A stretch of 64,000 nucleotides of DNA from an uncultured virus (IMG/VR IMGVR_UViG_3300028666_000003) (taxonomy: Duplodnaviria > Heunggongvirae > Uroviricota > Caudoviricetes), in IMG/VR virus record IMGVR_UViG_3300028666_000003, one strand, 5' to 3'. How positions within the stretch are numbered: the stretch's first letter is position 1; the number at the start of each line of letters is the position of its first letter. The translations under genes and the position numbers were made by a program. Under the pieces are notes generated by a model. That model was not told the origin of the DNA, did not search any database, and saw only the letters and a list, made by a program, of their open reading frames with translations. This document shows, piece by piece, positions 8,761 to 19,273 of the stretch.

Positions 8761-9384
8761 TCAGCACATGGCTTTGTTCAGCTTGTAACTGTGGGCTGAG
8801 CACATATGCTCCATAAAGGCGTGTTGAAGTTCACGAATCAGGTTCTTGGTCTTGCTAAGGCCAAACCCTAGCGTCTTTCCAGCGAGACGGTGGGGAATCT
8901 TGTTGGTGATCAGGGTCTTGAAACCTTGCTGCTTGATATGCTCTCTCCGCATGGTCTGAAGTTGGAACTCCAACAGCAACTCTGTAGAGGGCTCCACGAG
9001 CAAATCCAGGAGCAAGGCTGCATCGGAACTCACGAAGTGGGCCAGATACTCTTGGCAATATCGCAAGTTAAGTTCCGCAAAAGCATCCTCACCATACCAC
9101 AAGGTTGCTTCTTCCAAGTCCATGGTAACCAAGTAGTGGTCCTGAAGGAACTGCTCACGCTGGATGTCGATAAACCTGTGGGACAACGAGGTCTTGAAAA
9201 TCTTGTCCAGTTCCGCATCAGGTTTGCCGCTGTTCGCCGCAGAGGTGTAAACCTCATACAACTTGATCAACCCTTCCTGGTGCAGATCACAAACATCGTA
9301 TCCTCGCAGGTTCCTAGCAAACTTGTGAGCCACGGCCCAGACGTATTTGTCGAACTTCTTAATTGCCTCATCGCAGGAGACCAC
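8761..9384 (-). CDS. Sigma-70-family phage sigma factor
   Basis: Region-2-like YVWAVAHKF..DLHQEGLIKL; C-terminal HTH-like segment. Confidence 0.65.
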   Translation of the reverse strand: MVSCDEAIKKFDKYVWAVAHKFARNLRGYDVCDLHQEGLIKLYEVYTSAANSGKPDAELDKIFKTSLSHRFIDIQREQFLQDHYLVTMDLEEATLWYGEDAFAELNLRYCQEYLAHFVSSDAALLLDLLVEPSTELLLEFQLQTMRREHIKQQGFKTLITNKIPHRLAGKTLGFGLSKTKNLIRELQHAFMEHMCSAHSYKLNKAMC

Positions 9385-9483
9385 AGAAACCTCATGAGTC
9401 AGGGTAAGTTGGGGAAGGGCTCAAAGGCAAGTTGCACTCGCAACTGTGGGGTGCCGTTTCGGCCCTTCCCCGGTAGATTTAAA

Positions 9484-9510
9484 GTATCGGTCGTTCTATC
9501 GTGAAAGTAA
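9484..9510 (-). promoter_or_regulatory. Putative phage-sigma promoter, variant (TACTT-N15-CGATAC)
   Basis: Intergenic, same spacing as the repeated motif, upstream of the sigma gene. Confidence 0.35.
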
Positions 9511-9570
9511 ATACTTATTTTCACTGATCTAAAGTTTCTTCTCAGATACAGAATCTAGTGCACTTACCGA

Positions 9571-10548
9571 CTAACCTACTTGCATGTGCTCCGCAGAATA
9601 CCTGAGATGGTTTAACTGATTGTATGGCAGTGCATCTTTTATACTCTGTAATAGGACGGAGTGTGGCACGCTGTTTGGGTCTTCATACGGTAGAAATGCC
9701 AAAAGAGTTTCCTGTCTAGTAGACAGTCGTGCAGCTAACTTCCAGGCTTCAGGTTCTGCACCATGGTCTAGCAACACCAGATAGCGTTTCGCAGGAGTCC
9801 TGAAGAGTTTCTCCATCTGTGTGTTTGACATGTTCTTGCCATTAATGCCTACAGCCGCTGACCCTGTGGCCAAAGCTGAACCCCAGGACTCACAGACGAC
9901 TATGGTGGGATGCCTGGAGGCTTCATCTATATTAAAGAGGACGCTGGATTTTCCAATGGATACCATGGAAGACAAGGGATTGAGAATCTTCTCAGACATT
10001 GGCACTTTCTTGGTAAAATCACGTGCTTGCCAGTAGACAAGTTTCTGATTCTCCCAGAATGGCACTATGATGCGGTTCTCATAGTAACCCCCCGAGCAAT
10101 ACCCAAATCCCATATCGTAAAGAGTCTGCAGGTTAAAGCCCCGGTCTTTCATATAGGTTATTGCCTTTCGCCCAATCACGCTGTTCTCTCCCTCAGCGAG
10201 ATACCGGAAGGTAGGTGGTAGGGGAATCTCCCGAGGTTTTACAGCATGTGTGCGGCACTCTGAGAGTAAGGATTCCAGCACAGACTCTTTAAATCCAACT
10301 GCCATCTTATCACTGAAGGTGGCGTCTTCTATGAACTGGTTGATGTCTTTTATGGATACCCCACCGAGTTCAGCTGCCAGATCCTTCAGAGAGACAGGAG
10401 TCTGGCACTTGTTACAGAACCCAACTAATTTGGTTGTGTTGAAATACAGTTTCTCTTTTCCCAGGCACATCCAGCAATCGAATACCCATTCGTTGCCTTT
10501 GCCAGAAGGCTTGCCACCACAAGCTGAGAGAAACCCTATGAGGTTCAT
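9571..10548 (-). CDS. DNA primase (Zn finger + TOPRIM)
   Basis: CWMC..CNKC; YMKDRG; RIIVPF; WQAR; VVCES; LLD; DPN. Confidence 0.9.
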   Translation of the reverse strand: MNLIGFLSACGGKPSGKGNEWVFDCWMCLGKEKLYFNTTKLVGFCNKCQTPVSLKDLAAELGGVSIKDINQFIEDATFSDKMAVGFKESVLESLLSECRTHAVKPREIPLPPTFRYLAEGENSVIGRKAITYMKDRGFNLQTLYDMGFGYCSGGYYENRIIVPFWENQKLVYWQARDFTKKVPMSEKILNPLSSMVSIGKSSVLFNIDEASRHPTIVVCESWGSALATGSAAVGINGKNMSNTQMEKLFRTPAKRYLVLLDHGAEPEAWKLAARLSTRQETLLAFLPYEDPNSVPHSVLLQSIKDALPYNQLNHLRYSAEHMQVG

Positions 10549-11828
10549 TAAGCTGGCTCGATTCTTGAATGTTCAAAGTTCGTGATAGTGCTGTAGGTAT
10601 TGTGTTTCTTGCCTACACGGTTCTTTACCACAAACCAACGCATCAGATCTTCCTGTTGTTCCTCTTCGTTCTGATTCAGGGACCACACCACATCTGCCGT
10701 AGCCATCTTCTTGAAGTCACCTGCTACGTCTTCCATCTTGGAAGTTTGCTTCTGGGCGCCACTCCGATTGGTCTGGGTAGCCGACCACATAGCCAGGTTC
10801 TCTTCCTCAGCCAAGGCCCGGAGTTCCTCACCCACCCATGTAAGTTGATTCACTTCGTCACGGATATGCGTGGGCATCTCCATCAAGTCCATGTAGTCCA
10901 GAACCACTGCATCTGGATCAAACCCTATGGATCGCAATAGCATGATGTGAGCCCGTAACCCTGCGACAGACAGTCTATGGGCTGAGAAGTGCTTGATGTT
11001 CACGTCTGCCTTGAGATTTGCCTTGTGCTTGAAAAGCCACTTGGCTACCCTCACCTGTTGGTCATCGTCCAGGTTCGTGAGTTGCTCCCAACTACGATCC
11101 AGGAAGCACCGCTTATACATCGCCAGCATGAGTGGTTCACTCATCTCCATGCTGATGTGTGCAACTTTGAATCTCTGTTTACAGGTTCCCACACCAATGT
11201 TGACTAACCCTGTGGTCTTCCCCACGTTGGGTGGAGCCATAAGCATGCCATATTCACCCCGAGCCAATCCGCCTCTGGTGGGTTTGTCGATAAACGGAAG
11301 TCCTGTGGGCACACAATCCCGGACCTTCTCATTAATCTCTTGGTTCTGTGCATCCCCAAATAGGAAAACACCCCTGCCCTGGAGTTCAGATCCGATGGCA
11401 AGGGCCTTCTGCATTCGTGGAACGATTGTGCTTAGATCACCTTTCTGAATGTCATCCACGGTCTTGAGCGTGGCTTCCTTTACTGCTTGTTCCCGGCAGA
11501 AGGCTACCACCTCACCTGCTATGTATTCCGCTTCCTCAGCAGCGTCCTTCCGTTGTGCTATGGTGTCACTCAAAAATTCTGTGAAGTCTTCCATCGTGAC
11601 ATCTGAATTCTTGGAACCCTTGAAATACTTTTCAGCCCGATTCAGCAGGACCACTTTGCTGGGTGGTTTATTGTATTCTCTGTAGTGCTCCAAAATGAAC
11701 CTGGCAAGGTGCTGTTCTACCGGCTGCTCAAAGTATCGCGGATGTAAGATTGCATTTGCTACTACCAAGAACCGTGCATCGACTGTCATGAGTGCAAGAA
11801 CATTCTGGCGGAACAGGTCTAATCTCAC
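10548..11828 (-). CDS. Replicative DnaB-like helicase
   Basis: GGLARGE..APPNVGKTT, ISMEM, LDYMD, ATQTNR, VKNR. Confidence 0.92.
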   Translation of the reverse strand: MRLDLFRQNVLALMTVDARFLVVANAILHPRYFEQPVEQHLARFILEHYREYNKPPSKVVLLNRAEKYFKGSKNSDVTMEDFTEFLSDTIAQRKDAAEEAEYIAGEVVAFCREQAVKEATLKTVDDIQKGDLSTIVPRMQKALAIGSELQGRGVFLFGDAQNQEINEKVRDCVPTGLPFIDKPTRGGLARGEYGMLMAPPNVGKTTGLVNIGVGTCKQRFKVAHISMEMSEPLMLAMYKRCFLDRSWEQLTNLDDDQQVRVAKWLFKHKANLKADVNIKHFSAHRLSVAGLRAHIMLLRSIGFDPDAVVLDYMDLMEMPTHIRDEVNQLTWVGEELRALAEEENLAMWSATQTNRSGAQKQTSKMEDVAGDFKKMATADVVWSLNQNEEEQQEDLMRWFVVKNRVGKKHNTYSTITNFEHSRIEPA

Positions 11829-12601
11829 GATGTCTCCAGTTTTCCATATCGGGTTTCAGCTTCTTCCAGGGCATCATGACAAAACTTTCGGGCCCAGGGG
11901 GACTTCTTGTATTGCGTCCAAAGTTTCACTAGGTTCCCAGAGTCGAGAATACCTGGCTCTAGGATCTCATCTCTGAAAGCTTGATGAGCGACTAGATACC
12001 AGGCAGGAACGTAGGTGTTTATGTAGGCCAGGGCTGCACTTGTTGTAGGCGGTTGAATCTCTTTGAAAACTGGTTGCCACTTCAAAGCATCTCTGTGACC
12101 TGCAAAAACGGCATTACGAATTGTCAATTTCAGGGTTTTGTTGAAGGATTGTTCACGGTCTTCTGTGCGAATGAACTTTCGTGCTAGCTTGTAATCCCAG
12201 TCCAGGTATCTCTTCATGGCGTTGGGACCGTAGAAACATGTGATCCAGATGAATGGGATTCGTTTCAGGGTATCAAACTGGGCTGTGAACCAGTGTCTGA
12301 GTGGAATCTTTTCAGCTTGGCAAAACCAGAAGATTGTAAGAAGCAGTGGGGTGTTCTTGTGCCTCAGAATCTCCATGGTAGGTGACGGCAGGGCAATTCG
12401 AGAGTTCATGGGTGGTTTGGATTTCCAGAACTCTTTGTAGGTTGATCGAGTGATGTGCACCAACCTCAGTATGGCAATTCTCGTGGTTCGGGTTTTCCTG
12501 GAGTCTTCGCATCTCTTGGCTTCCTTTAGTTCCAGTTCCAGGTTTTTACAGGTTAACTTCTGCTCTGCTAACACCATTTTCCAATTTAATGGGGTGTTCA
12601 C
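11825..12601 (-). CDS. Hypothetical replication-region protein
   Basis: ORF overlaps the helicase start; GTG at 12601 behind AGGAG and the promoter motif. Confidence 0.65.
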   Translation of the reverse strand: MNTPLNWKMVLAEQKLTCKNLELELKEAKRCEDSRKTRTTRIAILRLVHITRSTYKEFWKSKPPMNSRIALPSPTMEILRHKNTPLLLTIFWFCQAEKIPLRHWFTAQFDTLKRIPFIWITCFYGPNAMKRYLDWDYKLARKFIRTEDREQSFNKTLKLTIRNAVFAGHRDALKWQPVFKEIQPPTTSAALAYINTYVPAWYLVAHQAFRDEILEPGILDSGNLVKLWTQYKKSPWARKFCHDALEEAETRYGKLETS

Positions 12602-12619
12602 TATCGACTCCTGACCTAG

Positions 12620-12647
12620 ATAACGAACAAATAACGAGAAAGGATTT
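12620..12647 (-). promoter_or_regulatory. Putative phage-sigma promoter (ATCCT-N15-CGTTAT)
   Basis: AAATCCT ttctcgttatttgtt CGTTAT. Confidence 0.6.
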
Positions 12648-12936
12648 AAATTTATACTCTTGTGCGTAGCACACGAACAGGAGCAAAGCGACTGTTCGAT
12701 AGATAAGTGGATCAAGCTAACACTACTTACGCATTTTCCTGTAAAAGAACGTCCGATAACTCACAAGAAATAGTAAAAAAGCGGCGTCATTTTACATAAA
12801 TCCCCAATCTTTTAATCTTTTAAGGTACTTAACTGACATAAGTATCTAACGTACCTGCGGCGCCCTATAGTATAGCGGTCGTTGCGCGCGTATGTTCCTT
12901 GATGTCAATGCTCGCGCATATAGGCTATCTTAGGTT

Positions 12937-14445
12937 TTATAATGCCAAAGGCCGCTGTAAGTGCTTGTGGTGCACAAGACCCGGATTTACAAAGTCTAAA
13001 AGTTCTTGTGGGGCATCTGCAAACTTCTCAGTAATCTTGAACTTTTCCTGGGTATAGATTTTTCGGCGTATGCGGGAGTGTGCCCGAGTGTATTTATTGT
13101 AGTGGTCAAAGAAATCCACAATCCATAAATCCTTCTGCATGTTTGCAGCTGTGCGGACACTTCTGCCCACACGCTGTAAGAGCAGAGTTGCAGACTTTCC
13201 ACCTGAAGCCATAATCATGGCCTCGATATAATCCACAGACAACCCTGTGCTAAACACAGTTGTGATACAACAGAATCCCACCCCTTGTGCTAAACCTTCC
13301 TTGGCTCTATCCCGGTATTTGTGGGAGGTTCGGCCTGTAACTACCACAGAGTTTGGGATTAGTGCATGTAACATTTTGGCATGAGCAACCCGATTTACCA
13401 TGACCATGGTCTGCCGTCCAGACTTCACAAATCCCTGGGCTAACTCTGCAATCAACCTATTCCTGGAATTGCAGTTCATGGTGGCCACATCATAGTCTGC
13501 CAGGTCCAGAGTTATGGCTTCAGACTTACTGATTTGTGGTTCCAGGAGCAAGACCGAAGGCGCAACAGAGATCCCTTTGTCCATGAGTTCCAGGTTAGAA
13601 ACCACCTTTAGCAGAGGGCCGAAGTAACCCGTGATGGTAAGCCGATTGCCATAATTCTTATCAAAAGGCGTGCCACTTAATCCCACTCGGTATTCTGCCG
13701 GGATACGCCTGAGACACTTTTGATAGGTATCCGCCATAGCCAGGTGGCACTCATCACCAAACAGAAGTTTGACTTTTGCAAACCATCGTTTCGTGGCAGC
13801 GTCGAAATGCTTGTGAAGGGTCTGATACATGCAGACTGTGATTCCATCGGGATTGGGTTTGTAGACGTTGTCTCCCACCTTACCCACATTCACACCTAGG
13901 CGTTCCTCCAGGCGTTCTGCAGTCTGGTGCAATAGCTCTCGACTGGGAACCATGAAAATGGTGGAAGGCGTTTTAAGATACTGCATGATGGCTGCAGCCA
14001 CCTCGGTTTTTCCACCGTTGGTAGCCAGCTTTAGGATTCCACGATGCCACTTGAGAACTTGTATCACAGCTTCTAACTGGTAGCCACGAACAGGATCAGC
14101 ATGATCCATGACAATCATGTCTGTCTTGGAATCCATTAATTCAATTCGTGTGAGGCTTTCATAGTCAGGACATGCTTCAGGATAACCCTGAATTTCTACA
14201 TATAGGTCTTCAGCAATAAGCTGTCGCACAACCGCTGAGAGTAACCCAGACTGAAACTTGCCAGACTCCGGTTTAAAGAAGTGTTGGCATCCATCCCACA
14301 CGCCTAGTTGGTATTTGGCACTGAAGATTGCACCCTCAACCCATACCGATAAAGCCTTGTCGAGAACCAGATAAGCCTCTTTCAACTCCTTGCGGTTATC
14401 TCCACGCAGGTGCGATGTGACAGGGCCATACTCAATCCACAACAT
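12937..14445 (-). CDS. SF2 DExH helicase (UvsW-like)
   Basis: LATNGGKT, DECH, LSGTP, QRVGRSVR; start at TAATG overlap 14445. Confidence 0.9.
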   Translation of the reverse strand: MLWIEYGPVTSHLRGDNRKELKEAYLVLDKALSVWVEGAIFSAKYQLGVWDGCQHFFKPESGKFQSGLLSAVVRQLIAEDLYVEIQGYPEACPDYESLTRIELMDSKTDMIVMDHADPVRGYQLEAVIQVLKWHRGILKLATNGGKTEVAAAIMQYLKTPSTIFMVPSRELLHQTAERLEERLGVNVGKVGDNVYKPNPDGITVCMYQTLHKHFDAATKRWFAKVKLLFGDECHLAMADTYQKCLRRIPAEYRVGLSGTPFDKNYGNRLTITGYFGPLLKVVSNLELMDKGISVAPSVLLLEPQISKSEAITLDLADYDVATMNCNSRNRLIAELAQGFVKSGRQTMVMVNRVAHAKMLHALIPNSVVVTGRTSHKYRDRAKEGLAQGVGFCCITTVFSTGLSVDYIEAMIMASGGKSATLLLQRVGRSVRTAANMQKDLWIVDFFDHYNKYTRAHSRIRRKIYTQEKFKITEKFADAPQELLDFVNPGLVHHKHLQRPLAL

Positions 14446-14693
14446 TATTTTTTCCTCGGTTTTCTCACGATCATTCGTGGACGGTGGATCACATGGAAGG
14501 ACTGCTTTCTGACTGGACAGTTTTTGCACACGTCATAGCACACGTGCTGTGCCACCAAAACTGTTGCACGATAGTGGCACATAGCCAGGGTCACATACTG
14601 CTGGTGCTTCATACAATAGAAATACTCATCGTATTTTCGCAGGTTAATCGCCTTGACTTTTAGCTTCAGGTATTTCAGCTCAGACTTCTTCAC
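14445..14693 (-). CDS. Hypothetical Cys-rich protein
   Basis: GTG after AAGGAG; YC..H..C..C..C..C. Confidence 0.6.
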   Translation of the reverse strand: MKKSELKYLKLKVKAINLRKYDEYFYCMKHQQYVTLAMCHYRATVLVAQHVCYDVCKNCPVRKQSFHVIHRPRMIVRKPRKK

Positions 14694-14713
14694 GGTAAAC
14701 TCCTTCAATCTAT

Positions 14714-14741
14714 ATAACGGACTATCGGGGTGAAAGGACTT
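14714..14741 (-). promoter_or_regulatory. Putative phage-sigma promoter (GTCCT-N15-CGTTAT)
   Basis: AAGTCCT ttcaccccgatagtc CGTTAT, just downstream of the late-operon terminator. Confidence 0.6.
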
Positions 14742-14776
14742 TTTCAAGTAATGTATGTAAACATCACAGTTGACTG

Positions 14777-14806
14777 AAAAGAAAAGAGGCCCGCAAGGGG
14801 CCTCTG
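14777..14806 (-). terminator. Intrinsic terminator ending the structural/lysis operon
   Basis: AGAGGCCC-loop-GGGCCTCT followed by TTTCTTTT on the minus strand. Confidence 0.75.
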
Positions 14807-14828
14807 TCGGTCACGTGTATTTACCACA

Positions 14829-15503
14829 TCAGAACCTTGCTCCAACTTTTATGGAAGTATTCCAGGATGGGTTTCCAGCGACTGGCGCTGTAATTTTTAC
14901 AGCCTCAACGCCAAAGCGAAGTATGGAGAAGTCCCTGTCGAGAAAGACACCGTAACCCTTGGGAGTTAGGTTGAGGATTCCCCCTGCAGCCCATGGCCGT
15001 TCTTTCGGGCAGGAGTATGCGAAACTCACAGGCAAGGAAAGGCTGGCGTCCTTACTGTAGGCAGTGTCTGCTGTGATGCCCTCAAGAGGTTGGCCTTTTT
15101 CGTCCAGGGTCCATATACGGCCTTCGTCCCAGATACTGTAGTTGTCTCCGTTGCGGGACCACTTGAGTTCTGACTGGTGGAAGACTTGCAACTTCATGGC
15201 GGTGGGAACCTGCACGGTGATGACAGTGGTCTGATCAGGTTTATCCAACGCTGGGATGCTTGAGGCCGGCGGTTTAGGTTGGTCCTTGGTCTCCACATAG
15301 TGAGTTCCAGGATTTACCACACCGTGATCCACAACAGGAGCGGTCGGAGTCTGGTCTGGTTTCCCCATAGTCACAGTGATGAATTTCGTGATGGTGTGAG
15401 TCTCAGGCTTCATGAACCAGTGGCAGGTTTCGTAGCCTAAAGAGAAAAGGAGGATTGCAAGCAGCCCGATTCCCCATACTTTGAGTTGTGCAGGACTAGG
15501 CAT
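14829..15503 (-). CDS. Membrane-anchored lysis-module protein (spanin-like position)
   Basis: N-terminal TM helix; follows holin and endolysin; amphipathic C-terminal strands ending in F. Confidence 0.55.
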   Translation of the reverse strand: MPSPAQLKVWGIGLLAILLFSLGYETCHWFMKPETHTITKFITVTMGKPDQTPTAPVVDHGVVNPGTHYVETKDQPKPPASSIPALDKPDQTTVITVQVPTAMKLQVFHQSELKWSRNGDNYSIWDEGRIWTLDEKGQPLEGITADTAYSKDASLSLPVSFAYSCPKERPWAAGGILNLTPKGYGVFLDRDFSILRFGVEAVKITAPVAGNPSWNTSIKVGARF

Positions 15504-15777
15504 TGTCGCCTCCATCGTTGTGTTCAGAGCCCCGCTTCAGGGCCACACCTGCTCCGCATGCTCCAAGAATGATGCCGATAGCCATGGCAAAGTCTTTGGG
15601 AGCCGTGTGGATGCCGCTAACTTCCTGATAGTGGACCTGGGCAAAGAGCGCCACAAGACCTATCCAGCCGCCATGCTTGATAAGGTCATGAGTCTTGTTG
15701 TCATGCTCCGTTACCATCCCACCAACAGTCCTGCGGAGCCAAGTGCAGAATTTCATGAACCAGTTAGGATCACTCAT
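15496..15777 (-). CDS. Putative holin
   Basis: 93 aa with two hydrophobic segments, adjacent to the endolysin. Confidence 0.55.
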   Translation of the reverse strand: MSDPNWFMKFCTWLRRTVGGMVTEHDNKTHDLIKHGGWIGLVALFAQVHYQEVSGIHTAPKDFAMAIGIILGACGAGVALKRGSEHNDGGDNA

Positions 15778-16361
15778 TGTGGAAGCCTCGCTGCTCTGTT
15801 AAGCCACCCATTCAGGTTACTCTGCTGTGAAGCATCGGCCTTCGTGATGGCAATGTAATGTTCCTTGGCAACCTGGATGAGATTCTGAAGGAGCACATCC
15901 CCATCACAGGAGTTAATGACAGCCACGGTCTGTGGGCCTAGCTGCCCGTCCATGATCAGGGCACACTTGTGTAAGCACCTATTCACAGCGGTTTGGAGCA
16001 ACCGAATCCCCGATGCCTGGCCACAGTTGAATCCCAGGTCATAGGTCTTGATGGCAGTCACGTCATGGGGATCTTCAAACATATCCAGGCGTTTGGGGTA
16101 GTAAGTATCAGCCATAGCCTCCAGCTCATCGTAGGTGAGATGCTTGAGATCTTCAGCAGTGATTTCTCCATCCCCATCGGCATCCCAGGTGAACCCGTGG
16201 ATCTGTGCTGACAACTGACGCACAGTGGCAAGAGTAAAGCCACTGAACGTGGCTCCACCTTTGTCATCTGCCCTGTCTGAGAAACCACCCTCATTCCCGC
16301 TTCCACCTCGTTTGCCAATCGTGAATTCGATGGCTCGTTGTTCTCGGTCAGAGTATGTCAT
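15774..16361 (-). CDS. Endolysin, glycoside hydrolase family 108 with peptidoglycan-binding domain
   Basis: NEGGFSDRADDKGGAT; D.GFNCG; LQ..DGQLGPQT; GWLNR. Confidence 0.88.
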   Translation of the reverse strand: MTYSDREQRAIEFTIGKRGGSGNEGGFSDRADDKGGATFSGFTLATVRQLSAQIHGFTWDADGDGEITAEDLKHLTYDELEAMADTYYPKRLDMFEDPHDVTAIKTYDLGFNCGQASGIRLLQTAVNRCLHKCALIMDGQLGPQTVAVINSCDGDVLLQNLIQVAKEHYIAITKADASQQSNLNGWLNRAARLPQ

Positions 16362-16369
16362 GTCGCCTC

Positions 16370-16780
16370 CTAGTGGCTGTTGGTTCCTTTAGACTCAGGA
16401 ATGGGGCTACTCACTCTTTTGTTTTCTAGCCCATTGAGTTCACCTTGCAACGTCTCTCTGCCTTTGGAATTGACTCTGATGGTTTGGCCCATAGCAGCAA
16501 GACTAAGTTGAATGGCCCTGATCTGCTCGTCCCTGTCGTCGTCATCCCGTTTGTGTTGAGCAGCACTCAATTCGATAGCCCTGAATCGAAAGTTGTTGTA
16601 TTCTGTCTCAGCCACGTGTTGGGACATAGACTTTGCCATGTCTTCCCTCAAAGCCACGGTGCTTTGTCCAAGCCACCCAATAAAACCCACCCCAACCACT
16701 AGGGTTCCTGCGATTATCTTTATCATGAGACCATTAATTACAAAAATCAGTTGTCTATCCTGGTTGTCTTGATCTGACAT
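16370..16780 (-). CDS. Membrane protein with coiled coil (holin/antiholin-like)
   Basis: One TM segment; upstream of the endolysin. Confidence 0.55.
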   Translation of the reverse strand: MSDQDNQDRQLIFVINGLMIKIIAGTLVVGVGFIGWLGQSTVALREDMAKSMSQHVAETEYNNFRFRAIELSAAQHKRDDDDRDEQIRAIQLSLAAMGQTIRVNSKGRETLQGELNGLENKRVSSPIPESKGTNSH

Positions 16781-16803
16781 GGTGGCTCCCTAGTGGGTAT
16801 GTG

Positions 16804-17106
16804 TTAAACGAGGTTCTTCAAGACATTGAAAGAACCCACAGCGCTGGGAAGCACGCGCCCTGAAGTAACATCAGAAAGTTGAATCTGGTAAGTCCCTGGG
16901 ATAGACAGATCCCCGGATGCTATGGGAACAGCCACCTTCCAGGGTTGATCCGTGTCTGTGGGAGGCGCGGAGAAAGCAGTGGAATCCAGAGACTTCAGCA
17001 CGGTGGTCCTATCAGGACGCAGGACAAGCACCTGCATCTCTTCTGTGGTGGTCAGGTCGAGTTGGGTGGTCAGAATAAGGTTAAAGCCATAGGATCCAAC
17101 TTGCAT
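16804..17106 (-). CDS. Virion protein (BppU N-terminal/Ig-like)
   Basis: RPD..GDLSIPGTYQIQL..F.V..NL pattern. Confidence 0.55.
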   Translation of the reverse strand: MQVGSYGFNLILTTQLDLTTTEEMQVLVLRPDRTTVLKSLDSTAFSAPPTDTDQPWKVAVPIASGDLSIPGTYQIQLSDVTSGRVLPSAVGSFNVLKNLV

Positions 17107-17113
17107 AAAGACC

Positions 17114-19273
17114 TCACAGGTTGATTGTCTTATTGTAGGCGGGCAGGAAGGTCGAGACTTGACTGCTCACCAAACGGATAGAACCAAGGGGCACCACAAA
17201 TGTGGGGATGACACGGTCATAGGGGTTTTCCAGTGGGATCACTACAGGTTTGTTAATCGGTGGCGTGATTGTATGATCCACCTCAAACGCTGCTACCAAC
17301 TGCGGTGCAGACAGAGAGGTCAGAACCGAATGGTCACCCTCAAAGTCAATCTTGCGCCCCTTGATATCAATGCTTCCACTGACCAAGTATGGTGCATAGA
17401 CTCGCCAGACATTCCCGATAGCACTGTGAAGTTGAATCCCAGTGTCCAGAGCAGCTTGTAGCGAGGTAATTGCACGAATCCTGGAAACCAGTTTGATGTT
17501 GGTATACAAGCTGGTGGAGACTTCCCCATCACAGACAACAGAGCAATTCAGCCATGTGGTAGTAACCAATGCAGCATTGATGGAGGAGGGACTTGTGCAA
17601 TTTCCTTGGAGTAGGATCTGGGTGGTTAACTCGGCTGCCGTTCGACCCGTAGACGAGACGCTGGCAGTAAATTGAATGGAAGTCTCCAGGTTCGCGGTGA
17701 CAGCTACGGCACCAGACGAAGACCCGGAGAGCAGAACCGGAGCCGCATACAGGTTTCCATTTACACTGCTTTGTGAGTTGATAGCACTACTCAACAGAGT
17801 TTGGGTAACCAGGTTGCATACACAAGCACTGTTGCTAAAGACTCCAGCCTTGCACGTGATGCCAGTTTTCAAGATTGGTTGAACTTGTGCCTGTGCATTG
17901 ATACTTGCACTCAGTGGAATCTGAGTCTGTAGGTCTCCTGATAGATTGGATACACTATAGATCTGTTTTTTGCAGGTGATGCTTGTGGTTAGGTCCGCTT
18001 GCAAAGAGGTCTGACATGGGATCGATGATGACGTCAGCACCCACGTGAGAAGCCCATCAGCATGAACCTGTGTGGAGCATAAGGCGGAAGCCCCAAATAC
18101 AATGCCTGTGAATAGCGCAGCTTGCAGCAGGGTGGACGCAAGTATGCTACTCTGCAGAGCATTTACAACTGCAGTTGCCCCAAGGTCTACGATGACACTA
18201 GCAGTGTCTGTAATTTGACTCTGGAGGTTTATGCCAGTAGCGAGTTCTGATTGAACCTGAGATTCTGAACTACAAGTTGCATCCAGGAGGACGCCAATCT
18301 GGAGTTCAGCAGTGACAGAGGCAACCTGGGTAATCGCAACAGCAAACTGAGATCCAGTCGTTAATTCCGCATTGCAACTACTTGAAGACTGAATTGCTGT
18401 ATCTAACAGGATCTTGGTTTGAAGTTCAGCGGATGCTGTGGCAATTACAAGAAGATTGGTAGCAAGATCAATCTCAGTGAGAAGATTCCCAACCAACCCA
18501 GCAACAGCAGTTATACTGCTAGAAAGCTGAATGGACGCAGAAAGATCAGATGAGACTGTAGACACAGACAGTATGGAACTGTCCAGGTAAATCTGGGTGC
18601 TCAATCCAACGTTTGTGGAGGTCTGACACGTAATGTTTGCCGCCAATTGAATGCTAGTGGAAAGGTCCACGCTAACACTCGATGCAGCAGTTATGGAGGC
18701 AGAAAGCGTTTCTGAAGTTGTGAGGACAGGCGTGACAGTGCTTTGTGTTGCAATGGCACAGACCATGGAGATGCCTGTGGTTAACGCAGACGTGATTGCA
18801 GTCTGCGATACGATTGTGTCAATTAATTGGATGCTGGTAGAAAGACCAACAGTTATATTGGACTGGCAAGAGACATTTACAGTATTCTGAATTGATGTGG
18901 TGAGGTTTGCAGTGACTGCAGCCTGTGCAGCGATATTGCAAGTGACAGTGATGGATGTGGTTAAAGTTGAAGATACCGTGGAGATTGCAGCAACACTAGC
19001 AGTCGCATTGATTGCGGTAGTCAGGTTGCCCTGAACCGTGGCTACAGCAGCAATTGCGTCAGATAGGGTGATGTGCGTTGTGAGATTTACAGCAACTGAG
19101 CTAAGGGTTGCAATTGAGTCCACCATCTGAATAGAGGTGGTCAAGGTTGGAGTGGCAGTTACTGCACAAGCAATATTGACTGAAAACGAGGCCACAGCCC
19201 CCGAAGCACGAGCACCATCATATGTAACCGTGTTATAGGCTACTCGGTTGTAGGTAGCCAAGATTGCAGACAT
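17114..19273 (-). CDS. Repetitive S/T/A/I-rich virion fibre protein
   Basis: Many ~21-22-aa degenerate repeats (LTT.I.L...I...S.V...L). Confidence 0.7.
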   Translation of the reverse strand: MSAILATYNRVAYNTVTYDGARASGAVASFSVNIACAVTATPTLTTSIQMVDSIATLSSVAVNLTTHITLSDAIAAVATVQGNLTTAINATASVAAISTVSSTLTTSITVTCNIAAQAAVTANLTTSIQNTVNVSCQSNITVGLSTSIQLIDTIVSQTAITSALTTGISMVCAIATQSTVTPVLTTSETLSASITAASSVSVDLSTSIQLAANITCQTSTNVGLSTQIYLDSSILSVSTVSSDLSASIQLSSSITAVAGLVGNLLTEIDLATNLLVIATASAELQTKILLDTAIQSSSSCNAELTTGSQFAVAITQVASVTAELQIGVLLDATCSSESQVQSELATGINLQSQITDTASVIVDLGATAVVNALQSSILASTLLQAALFTGIVFGASALCSTQVHADGLLTWVLTSSSIPCQTSLQADLTTSITCKKQIYSVSNLSGDLQTQIPLSASINAQAQVQPILKTGITCKAGVFSNSACVCNLVTQTLLSSAINSQSSVNGNLYAAPVLLSGSSSGAVAVTANLETSIQFTASVSSTGRTAAELTTQILLQGNCTSPSSINAALVTTTWLNCSVVCDGEVSTSLYTNIKLVSRIRAITSLQAALDTGIQLHSAIGNVWRVYAPYLVSGSIDIKGRKIDFEGDHSVLTSLSAPQLVAAFEVDHTITPPINKPVVIPLENPYDRVIPTFVVPLGSIRLVSSQVSTFLPAYNKTINL

